Shown here piece by piece: positions 1 through 9,700 of a DNA stretch of 64,000 bases. The notes below the pieces were generated by a model that was given only the letters and a program-made list of their open reading frames with translations, was not told where the DNA came from and ran no database searches. Position numbers and translations under genes: made by a program. Within the stretch, counting starts at the first letter, position 1. Each line of letters starts with the position of its first letter. Source of the stretch: Trypanosoma brucei (lineage: Eukaryota); the NCBI GenBank assembly GCA_000002445.1, contig CP000070.1:992001-1056000 (forward strand), given 5' to 3'.

Positions 1-889
1 GAGCTCTCCCAGCTGCTTCTGTGGGAGACGCTGTCGTCGCGTAGAGTTCCGGCTCCCCAAAGTTGTTGAGAGCATGCGTTGCAGTTCCTCCTCGCGCAAG
101 CATCGCGTCATGTTGTACCGATACCATATGACGTTGTCTCTCGACATAAAATAAAAGTCAGACGAGACTAAAGACACACCTAGAAGCTCCTCCATTGTCA
201 AGTATGACAAAACTCTAACTAGCAGCGACCACTGCAGCATCTTCAGCTCACCACGACACTTTCGCCGCACCTCACCGTTACGATCACGGCGGGACACAAC
301 AAGCTGTACTTCATAGTGGCAGGCAAAGCAAACGCGGTACGCCGCCACCGTTGTGGGGTTCATAAACTGGACCTGTCCTTGCTGCTGCTGCTGCGAAATG
401 TTGTCTTCACCGTTAGCAATGTCAGTTCCAGAGACTCTACCACTGGGTAACGACGTCTTGTCTACGCCGCCACAAGCCTCAATGGGGTTCGACTGAACCT
501 CCAGAGCTGACTGAACTAACGCATTAACAGTTTCTGAACAGCATGCGGAGCAAAAGACGCGACCACAAACGCGGCAGTGATGCCTTCGGTTAAACATTGA
601 AAAAGCAACATTACATCCGTGAGCCATACAAGTTGAAACTTGTGTGTCCGGCACCCACCGTCGAAGAGGGCATAAACGAATGCACGAGGGGTCCAAAGTA
701 GGCTTTGTAAGCCACATGACACCTGACGTCTGTTTGCTAGCGCACTTGCTAAGAAGCGGTGAGCTGACGTTACTTTTTCTGTCGGAACTATTGGCACTAT
801 AAGGAACGGAAACATTTAAAACCATGATGGGATCACCATTACCCATCTCCCGCTCTTCAGCAAGATCAATATGATCCATGACTTTCGTA
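1..889 (-). CDS. FYVE zinc-finger domain protein, 3'-truncated by the window edge (N-terminus at 889, continues past position 1)
   Basis: Open minus-strand frame from the ATG (reverse complement of 887-889) to position 1 with no stop, at least 296 codons. Translation contains the FYVE signature R-R-H-H-C-R-V-C-G-R-V-F-C-S-A-C-C-S and a downstream R-V-C-F-A-C-H. It is absent from the ORF track only because it has no in-window stop. Same strand as the neighbouring genes. Confidence 0.6.
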
Positions 890-1302
890 TTGGCAACTAA
901 ATTATGCGCTTAGCGTACTATGGCCTTCAGCCGTCGCTGGCGTGTGCCTCTCTAATCCCCCTCTTACCTTGTTGCCGACCGAAGCACCGTGCAGGTTTTC
1001 TCATTTATAGAAGAGACAGCAGAAGAGGTAACCAAAAAGAAGCCAACAAACATTATATATGGTACGTTCATACGGAATCACAAAAAAGGCGCAAATGACA
1101 GTCACGTTCATTGACAGGGAGAAGAACCCCCACACACACACACACACGCGCCATCTTCCAATCCTAGCATTTCCCGTAGAAACACAAAGAGATAAAGCCA
1201 AACTGTGACGCTAAATTATTAACGATATGGTGAAGATAGTGGAATCATGAAAAAGATCATGACAAACACAAAACCGGCGAGGCGCGGGGAATTAGAAAAA
1301 AA

Positions 1303-2043
1303 CTACAACTCCCACCACAGGGAACCGCATATCCCAAAGAAGCGGTGCCGCCGCACAACTGCGCCCAGTGGGTCAGTGAAAATCAGGGCGCCGGTTGCGA
1401 AGAAAAGCCAGTCATCAAATTCTAGTCGAACTGGAAGCAGTTTCTCACCACTTCCAGACGTGTCCGAGGTAACACTAGCATCGTGGCGCTTGGTGTTGTT
1501 TCTTAACTCCCAGAGTTTCTCACTCAACTCGTGTCTTTGTGGCAGGCTCTTCCATCCACACGGCGAGGTCCCCTCGGCACCCCTTGAGGCTGAGGCTCCT
1601 GTAGAAGAAAAAAGTTTTCTCCTGTTTGCTATTCTGATTGCGTCCTCTTCATTAGCATCGGAAGCACCATTCCTTCCACTCGCGCCAGAGTTTAGTGGAA
1701 GCCAACGGACCCACACCGATGCAACACTACCATCCCCTGCTGCGGCATTCGCCACCACTGGTTTGTCTCCGTCATCTGCAGCAACCACGGAATGAATTTC
1801 ATTGAAAAAAGCCTCGTGACGACTGCGGTCCACCAGGTAACGGATGAAGTGCCCCTCGTGCGGACGTGTCACATAAAGACCATAACCCGCAAAAGCGGGG
1901 ACAACAAGCCGCCGTAGGTGCCTGAAGAACATCTCCTGCCGCCGTATACGCTGTGCCCTTTCGGAGTATTGTGTGCCGCTTCCCCCGAGAGCGGCGGTGC
2001 CGTAAAACATTCCATTTTTTGCTTCTTCTTCAGTCGCCTTCAT
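1303..2043 (-). CDS. hypothetical protein (246 aa)
   Basis: Longest ORF in this interval, on the same strand as the surrounding unidirectional cluster, with non-repetitive composition. No domain recognised. An overlapping plus-strand ORF (1247..1795) is judged antisense noise. Confidence 0.4.
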   Translation of the reverse strand: MKATEEEAKNGMFYGTAALGGSGTQYSERAQRIRRQEMFFRHLRRLVVPAFAGYGLYVTRPHEGHFIRYLVDRSRHEAFFNEIHSVVAADDGDKPVVANAAAGDGSVASVWVRWLPLNSGASGRNGASDANEEDAIRIANRRKLFSSTGASASRGAEGTSPCGWKSLPQRHELSEKLWELRNNTKRHDASVTSDTSGSGEKLLPVRLEFDDWLFFATGALIFTDPLGAVVRRHRFFGICGSLWWEL

Positions 2044-2662
2044 CTGATATAGCTATTCTTCTTTTGCTATTTCTACTTCATATCAAAGAGGACAGAAACA
2101 ATGACGATAACAACACTGATAGCCTCGTCAACAGCACCATGCAGCAATGTCAAAAGTAAGCCCCAATATTTACTATTGGTGTTGCTTACGCTGGTGGTAA
2201 ACGCAACGGACCTCCACCCCACCCCCCCCCCGCTCCAACTCACGCCGGTATGTATGGTTGTTTTTGCAACGCAGTGTTATCAGCGTTAGCATTCTTTTTC
2301 TCCTTTCAAATTTATTGTAATTAAGAAGAATGTAGCGGCAGTTGTGGTGGCGAAATTGACGAAAGTAAATGAGCGGTGCATACTTCAGTAATTGCAAAGA
2401 AGAGAAGGTTCACGCCATCAGCCGCAAAGAACAAAAGAGAGGAGAGGAGGAAAAGGGTTTCCCTCCCCCCTTTTACCAACTGAATCGGTAAACGAAACGG
2501 AATGGACTCGGTGTCGACGTCGACCACACTAAAACGCTTCGTCTCTAACGCTACAAACCACCACAGATGCCCTCCCAGAACGTTTTTCCTTTCCCTCTTC
2601 CGCAAGCCCCACTGCCTCCCTTCTGAAATACTTCCCTGTGGTTTCTACGTATTACCACGACC

Positions 2663-3808
2663 TCACTCAAGTAGATTGAATTCATCGTCGTCGTCGTCAT
2701 CAGAAAGATGGTTTGTACCTTTCCCAGAGTTGTGGTTCCGTGACGCCAAAGACGGTTGTGGGGAGCACCTCCTTATTTTTAAGCAGGTGCGCTTGCCCGC
2801 GTGTTTTCCTTGCGATACGCCACGCAAAATAAATGAGACTGTGTCCCCAACCTTGATGCTAGCATTTTGATCGTCTTGATCCACGTTGCTCATATGGAAA
2901 AATATGGATTCACCAGTTTCCTCCAACACAATGAAACCAAAGCGTCCGTCTACTAATTCCCGCACTGTACCGTAATAACGTGCAGCTGCTGGCTTAGAAT
3001 CTGCAGCAAACCCCAAGGCCCTCGATGCACCTTGGGACGAACGCCATTGCTGCAGCGGGGCGTGCCTTTTCCCAGTTGAACGGTCGATAATAACACGCCG
3101 TGCGGCATTGCGATCACCACGCTCGATACAGAACCGCACAAAACAACCTTGATGCAAGTCGCTGATGTTGACAACGTCCAGGTCCTCAAGGCTAAAATTG
3201 AAGCACGGAGCATCATCATGGAGGTTTCCAGCAAGGTCAAGTTCAGCAATGCAACCCGATCCGGTGATTGTGTCCCAACTCTGCACGCAACCGTGCAACA
3301 TCACCGGGGTGACCGGACGTTCCTTTCCGGTATCCAAGTCACACAGTCGAATATGGCGGGCAACTGGTAGTGACTTAGGAGGATCTCCACTGGCCTCTAT
3401 GTCCTCCGTCGCTTCCCTGTGCTCTTTCTCAACCTGTTCATTAACTTGAGGGCTAGGTAGCACGTCGAAAGTTACGGTTTGGCCTTGACTTACGTAAAAT
3501 CCGCCATCCAGTGAGGAGCGTGGGAAGAAAAAGTTTTCCGCATTCTCCCTCACTGCTGCCTCTAGTTCCGCTGAGGCGAGGCACTGCGTGTCTGGTGAGT
3601 CACTGGAGGAAAGTTGTAATGCAGTGATGAACCCGTAACCACGGCGGTGCATGAATGACGTGACGGTCCCTACACGCCGTGGAGCAACTTCCATCGATGC
3701 AGATGCTGCTATGTTCGTTGGGATAGGCTCAGCTGCATTTCCCCTCTTCTTCTCGAGAAGTGTTGCGGTGATCGACACGGCGAGTCGCGAGCCCGCGAGT
3801 CGGAACAT
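2663..3808 (-). CDS. cold-shock-domain (CSD) nucleic-acid-binding protein, 381 aa, with a presequence-like N-terminus and a C-terminal poly-Asp tail
   Basis: Two clear CSD cores: G-T-V-T-S-F-M-H-R-R-G-Y-G-F-I-T-A and G-T-V-R-E-L-V-D-G-R-F-G-F-I-V-L-E-E-T-G-E-S-I-F-F-H-M-S-N-V. A third weaker CSD-like segment (V-Q-S-W-D-T-I-T-G-S-G-C-I-A-E-L-D). N-terminus MFRLAGSRLAVSITATLL resembles a mitochondrial presequence. The protein ends in DDDDDDEFNLLE. Confidence 0.6.
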   Translation of the reverse strand: MFRLAGSRLAVSITATLLEKKRGNAAEPIPTNIAASASMEVAPRRVGTVTSFMHRRGYGFITALQLSSSDSPDTQCLASAELEAAVRENAENFFFPRSSLDGGFYVSQGQTVTFDVLPSPQVNEQVEKEHREATEDIEASGDPPKSLPVARHIRLCDLDTGKERPVTPVMLHGCVQSWDTITGSGCIAELDLAGNLHDDAPCFNFSLEDLDVVNISDLHQGCFVRFCIERGDRNAARRVIIDRSTGKRHAPLQQWRSSQGASRALGFAADSKPAAARYYGTVRELVDGRFGFIVLEETGESIFFHMSNVDQDDQNASIKVGDTVSFILRGVSQGKHAGKRTCLKIRRCSPQPSLASRNHNSGKGTNHLSDDDDDDEFNLLE

Positions 3809-4423
3809 TGAATTCTAGTTTTCCCCTACCAATGGCTACGTAAACGTTTCTCTGACAGTTCACTCTATGCACACAATCAGGCGTGCAAGGGATGTGAGAA
3901 TAACAAAAGTTGGAAAAATTAAAAAAATTATCGCTTAGCACTCTTTACCAGAAAACAATCTTCGCTCTGAACCCCTTTCAACGGTATGCATATGCAGAAG
4001 CAGCGTGAAATTTTAAATGATGGAATGTATACGGTCTACACTAGTCATCTTGGATATGGCGGCGAGAGGGGAAAACCATCACCCCCTCTCATAGATCTGA
4101 CGTCGTCACTGTAAACTCTTTGGCACTTTACATTTACTGATATTGATTTCAACAGTTCCGTATCTTTTGGTTTAAAAAAAAAAACTCAGGTGGTGATCAA
4201 GACATCACATCCATACACGAAATACACCAGTAACAGACGCCACAATGAAGATGTAAGAAGAGGAGGAAGGCCCCCTCCCACACACACAAAAAAAAAAAAC
4301 TGACACTCTTAATGCAGTAGGAACCAAATGGGCGAATAAATACAACACAGTCAACATGACTCATCACGAATCGTGACATTTCCTTCAACAGTTCTCTACT
4401 GCAGATGGCAAGCGATCACCGAT

Positions 4424-6514
4424 CTATACCGAGGCCGGAGGCAACTCCTCTGCAACACAGTCTACCGCAGTGCTGGCATAGGAGTTGCCTCCCCCTTCAG
4501 TTGCCCTCTCACGCGACTGCGCACGTTGTTCCTTTACCAGATCACCCTGCAAGTGAAACACATGCACCTCCCCGTCAGAGGAGCCACACACCACACGTGA
4601 TCCATCCTCGGAGAAGGACAAGGACGAGATTGGTGCATAATTTCGTACAAACGTCCCAGATTTCCTCGCAGAAGTGGTTGTAGAGGGCTTAGACGAAAAA
4701 GAACCACCAGACCCCAGTCTTGCCCCTGTCTGAGGGTATACGCTAGCAACAGGAAAGTTGCTTCTGCCCAGATCCCAGATAGCAACGCGGCCGCTACTTT
4801 CTCCAGCTGCAAACACCGCCGAATGGGTGGGCGACCATTGGAGGCAGTTAACCTGAGACGTGAGTCCCTCGATGGCAGCACAGCGTGAACCTAGCCAAAG
4901 ATAGCAGCTCCCGTCGGCGGCTGCACTAAGTAGAGTAGCGCTTACATGAGGGTCACCGTGAAACGGGTGCGGTGCGACCGCGACAACGGCAGCGCAATGA
5001 GCAGGGGTGTCATAACACTTTTCTTTGGGATGCCGTACGCGACATGAGGGGTTTTCGTGGGTTGATTTATCAACACCAACAGTGGAACCAGATATGGGTT
5101 GCATATCCACAACCCCTGGTCCCTTTGCTCCCCCCTCTAAGATATGACCGTTGAGGCACCCAAAGAATACTTTGTTCATTGCATCCGCCGTGGTACTGAC
5201 GAAAGCCGCACAAGATCCAACACACCCAGGTGCCATTCCCTGCACTAAACTCTCACGGGTTGAAGAGGGTAAGCATAGCTTTGAAGGCTCCCACATACAC
5301 ACTTGACCATGTTCGCTGATGGAAAAGAGGTGGTGAGAGCCAAGATCTCCATGCACTGCCATCGCAAGAACCTGTGTTTGATGGGAGTGAGGCGACGGAA
5401 ACGACTGCACACAGGGATAGACGGGGGCGGACGCAGAAAGAGCCGAAGAAGAGGGCAAACATCCATACGACAGTGAAGATGATTTCCCAAATGTGGTAAG
5501 AACCGGTGGCGAGGCAGCACGTCCACATTGTTGTAGTGCTTGGTCAATGCGCCACGCAACAATGCAACCATTGGCAGCTCCACCGAACAAAAGGTGGGGA
5601 CACCGTTTCGTGTACGTCAGAGTACGAACCTCACTACTAAAACAGAGCGGTACAACTACCGGACCACCACCGTCTGTACCCTGCTGTATACATATGAGTA
5701 GAACGAGTCCCACAGAATCAAAGCCTCTAAAGGTCGAACCTCCCGTTGCTCCTTGCATCATCATGTCGGATAAATTTTCGACGTTGCATGCTTCTGACAG
5801 CGACGCCGCAACAAACAACAAGCCCTTAGAGCACGCATCACCATCCTCCGAAGATGGACAGTTAAGCACTCTCACATCCAGTACACAGCGACTCCCGCTG
5901 CCACAAACCGATCCTAAAAATATTGAGTGCTCTAGAGTCATAAATGCAGCACCCGCAGAACCGACACATGGCGATTTACTTCCTCCGAAAGAAGTGAAAA
6001 CACTACCAACTATATCTCTATCAACAGAGGTCACAGAAGCTTTCCCGACTCCGCATCCACCCTTAGCAGGATCCGAACCAGTATTTTCAACACTCTTAAC
6101 GCTGCTGTGAGAAGCACTGCACAAAGTTTTCGCGCTGACAGAAGGTGCGCTCGTAGTCAGAGTTTTTTGCCTTCTCGCTGCGCTGCAGCCAACACCATCT
6201 TCCGCCACGCTCCTAGAAATGCTACAAGCAGACAATGATGCGGACGACAAATTCCCACAAGCGGGCTTACACTCTTTTGTATCAACGGCACGATCGCCAT
6301 CACCCGGACACTTAGAAACACTAACAGAGCACCGAGTACGCGCACATCCTGTACTGCCGGATATCGAACCACCAACTACCAAACCTTCACTGCCGGTAAT
6401 GCTCTCCCGTTTGGGAGGAACCACATTTTGACGCTGTTGAAGGACACTCCGTTCCTTTGCCTTCCGCGCCTCACGAATCTCCTCCAGTTGCCGTCGCTTC
6501 TCCGATAAATCCAT
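4424..6514 (-). CDS. WD40-repeat protein with an N-terminal coiled-coil (696 aa)
   Basis: N-terminal charged heptad-like segment (MDLSEKRRQLEEIREARKAKER). Several WD-like blades ending in W-D or W-E dipeptides (VAIWDL, IVAWRID, VCMWEP, EVHVFHL). Same strand as neighbours. Confidence 0.55.
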   Translation of the reverse strand: MDLSEKRRQLEEIREARKAKERSVLQQRQNVVPPKRESITGSEGLVVGGSISGSTGCARTRCSVSVSKCPGDGDRAVDTKECKPACGNLSSASLSACSISRSVAEDGVGCSAARRQKTLTTSAPSVSAKTLCSASHSSVKSVENTGSDPAKGGCGVGKASVTSVDRDIVGSVFTSFGGSKSPCVGSAGAAFMTLEHSIFLGSVCGSGSRCVLDVRVLNCPSSEDGDACSKGLLFVAASLSEACNVENLSDMMMQGATGGSTFRGFDSVGLVLLICIQQGTDGGGPVVVPLCFSSEVRTLTYTKRCPHLLFGGAANGCIVAWRIDQALQQCGRAASPPVLTTFGKSSSLSYGCLPSSSALSASAPVYPCVQSFPSPHSHQTQVLAMAVHGDLGSHHLFSISEHGQVCMWEPSKLCLPSSTRESLVQGMAPGCVGSCAAFVSTTADAMNKVFFGCLNGHILEGGAKGPGVVDMQPISGSTVGVDKSTHENPSCRVRHPKEKCYDTPAHCAAVVAVAPHPFHGDPHVSATLLSAAADGSCYLWLGSRCAAIEGLTSQVNCLQWSPTHSAVFAAGESSGRVAIWDLGRSNFPVASVYPQTGARLGSGGSFSSKPSTTTSARKSGTFVRNYAPISSLSFSEDGSRVVCGSSDGEVHVFHLQGDLVKEQRAQSRERATEGGGNSYASTAVDCVAEELPPASV

Positions 6515-6726
6515 CGAACTACAGAAGTAAAAAAAAAGGATATCTGACCCTCTCCCACCAAAAAAAAAAAAGAAATAAAGAAAAAAGAAATAATAATAAA
6601 ACAGTCAACAACAAAAAAAAAAAATAAGAGAAGCAGCTTTTAAAAAAAAAAAAATTACAAAAATATTAAAAACCAAACGGAAGCACAATTTAAAAAGTAC
6701 ATCTTTAAAAACATAAAAACCAAACA

Positions 6727-9700
6727 CTATTTTCCAATATTAATTATCTTTCGCGTTAACTTATAAGGTTCTTCGCCAACGACGAAGCCACTCAACAGTT
6801 TCCTCCTTAAATAACTTAAGCGAATATTCAAAACAGCGCACTCCCTCTCAAAAACATCCAACCTCTGTTGAAGTTCATTCCGTTCAGCCTCCACAGTTTC
6901 CAGATTACGCTCCACAGCAGCTCTCGCATCCTCGGAATTACGAAGTTGCGATTTCAGATCATTGCTTGTAGCGTCCAACCTCTGTTGAAGTTCATTCCGT
7001 TCAGCCTCCACAGTTTCCAGATTACGCTCCACAGCAGCTCTCGCATCTTCGGAATTACGAAGTTGCGATTTCAGATCATTGCTTGTAGCATCCAACCTCT
7101 GTTGAAGTTCATTCCGTTCAGCCTCCACAGTTTCCAGATTACGCTCCACAGCAGCTCTCGCATCCTCGGAATTACGAAGTTGCGATTTCAGATCATTGCT
7201 TGTAGCGTCCAACCTCTGTTGAAGTTCATTCCGTTCAGCCTCCACAGTTTCCAGATTACGCTCCACAGCAGCTCTCGCATCTTCGGAATTACGAAGTTGC
7301 GATTTCAGATCATTGCTTGTAGCGTCCAACCTCTGTTGAAGTTCATTCCGTTCAGCCTCCACAGTTTCCAGATTACGCTCCACAGCAGCTCTCGCATCCT
7401 CGGAATTACGAAGTTGCGATTTCAGATCATTGCTTGTAGCGTCCAACCTCTGTTGAAGTTCATTCCGTTCAGCCTCCACAGTTTCCAGATTACGCTCCAC
7501 AGCAGCTCTCGCATCCTCGGAATTACGAAGTTGCGATTTCAGATCATTGCTTGTAGCGTCCAACCTCTGTTGAAGTTCATTCCGTTCAGCCTCCACAGTT
7601 TCCAGATTACGCTCCACAGCAGCTCTCGCATCTTCGGAATTACGAAGTTGCGATTTCAGATCATTGCTTGTAGCATCCAACCTCTGTTGAAGTTCATTCC
7701 GTTCAGCCTCCACAGTTTCCAGATTACGCTCCACAGCAGCTCTCGCATCCTCGGAATTACGAAGTTGCGATTTCAGATCATTGCTTGTAGCGTCCAACCT
7801 CTGTTGAAGTTCATTCCGTTCAGCCTCCACAGTTTCCAGATTACGCTCCACAGCAGCTCTCGCATCCTCGGAATTACGAAGTTGCGATTTCAGATCATTG
7901 CTTGTAGCATCCAACCTCTGTTGAAGTTCATTCCGTTCAGCCTCCACAGTTTCCAGATTACGCTCCACAGCAGCTCTCGCATCCTCGGAATTACGAAGTT
8001 GCGATTTCAGATCATTGCTTGTAGCGTCCAACCTCTGTTGAAGTTCATTCCGTTCAGCCTCCACAGTTTCCAGATTACGCTCCACAGCAGCTCTCGCATC
8101 CTCGGAATTACGAAGTTGCGATTTCAGATCATTGCTTGTAGCGTCCAACCTCTGTTGAAGTTCATTCCGTTCAGCCTCCACAGTTTCCAGATTACGCTCC
8201 ACAGCAGCTCTCGCATCCTCGGAATTACGAAGTTGCGATTTCAGATCATTGCTTGTAGCGTCCAACCTCTGTTGAAGTTCATTCCGTTCAGCCTCCACAG
8301 TTTCCAGATTACGCTCCACAGCAGCTCTCGCATCCTCGGAATTACGAAGTTGCGATTTCAGATCATTGCTTGTAGCATCCAACCTCTGTTGAAGTTCATT
8401 CCGTTCAGCCTCCACAGTTTCCAGATTACGCTCCACAGCAGCTCTCGCATCCTCGGAATTACGAAGTTGCGATTTCAGATCATTGCTTGTAGCGTCCAAC
8501 CTCTGTTGAAGTTCATTCCGTTCAGCCTCCACAGTTTCCAGATTACGCTCCACAGCAGCTCTCGCATCCTCGGAATTACGAAGTTGCGATTTCAGATCAT
8601 TGCTTGTAGCGTCCAACCTCTGTTGAAGTTCATTCCGTTCAGCCTCCACAGTTTCCAGATTACGCTCCACAGCAGCTCTCGCATCCTCGGAATTACGAAG
8701 TTGCGATTTCAGATCATTGCTTGTAGCGTCCAACCTCTGTTGAAGTTCATTCCGTTCAGCCTCCACAGTTTCCAGATTACGCTCCACAGCAGCTCTCGCA
8801 TCCTCGGAATTACGAAGTTGCGATTTCAGATCATTGCTTGTAGCGTCCAACCTCTGTTGAAGTTCATTCCGTTCAGCCTCCACAGTTTCCAGATTACGCT
8901 CCACAGCAGCTCTCGCATCCTCGGAATTACGAAGTTGCGATTTCAGATCATTGCTTGTAGCATCCAACCTCTGTTGAAGTTCATTCCGTTCAGCCTCCAC
9001 AGTTTCCAGATTACGCTCCACAGCAGCTCTCGCATCCTCGGAATTACGAAGTTGCGATTTCAGATCATTGCTTGTAGCGTCCAACCTCTGTTGAAGTTCA
9101 TTCCGTTCAGCCTCCACAGTTTCCAGATTACGCTCCACAGCAGCTCTCGCATCCTCGGAATTACGAAGTTGCGATTTCAGATCATTGCTTGTAGCGTCCA
9201 ACCTCTGTTGAAGTTCATTCCGTTCAGCCTCCACAGTTTCCAGATTACGCTCCACAGCAGCTCTCGCATCCTCGGAATTACGAAGTTGCGATTTCAGATC
9301 ATTGCTTGTAGCGTCCAACCTCTGTTGAAGTTCATTCCGTTCAGCCTCCACAGTTTCCAGATTACGCTCCACAGCAGCTCTCGCATCTTCGGAATTACGA
9401 AGTTGCGATTTCAGATCATTGCTTGTAGCGTCCAACCTCTGTTGAAGTTCATTCCGTTCAGCCTCCACAGTTTCCAGATTACGCTCCACAGCAGCTCTCG
9501 CATCTTCGGAATTACGAAGTTGCGATTTCAGATCATTGCTTGTAGCATCCAACCTCTGTTGAAGTTCATTCCGTTCAGCCTCCACAGTTTCCAGATTACG
9601 CTCCACAGCAGCTCTCGCATCTTCGGAATTACGAAGTTGCGATTTCAGATCATTGCTCGTAGCATCCAACCTCTGTTGAAGTTCATTCCGTTCAGCCTCC

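Noticed and set aside
516-815. 99-aa minus-strand ORF
   Set aside because: A different reading frame of the same region as the FYVE gene. The FYVE frame is open over 889 nt and carries a recognisable domain; this one is a frame-shifted shadow.
1247-1795. 182-aa plus-strand ORF
   Set aside because: Fully overlaps the longer minus-strand ORF 1303..2043, which matches the polarity of the whole gene cluster. The plus ORF is Ser/Ala/Pro-rich antisense noise.
5493-6110. 205-aa plus-strand ORF
   Set aside because: Antisense to the 696-aa WD40 gene, with Pro/Ser/Thr-rich composition and no motifs. Overlapping antisense ORFs are expected by chance in GC-balanced coding DNA.
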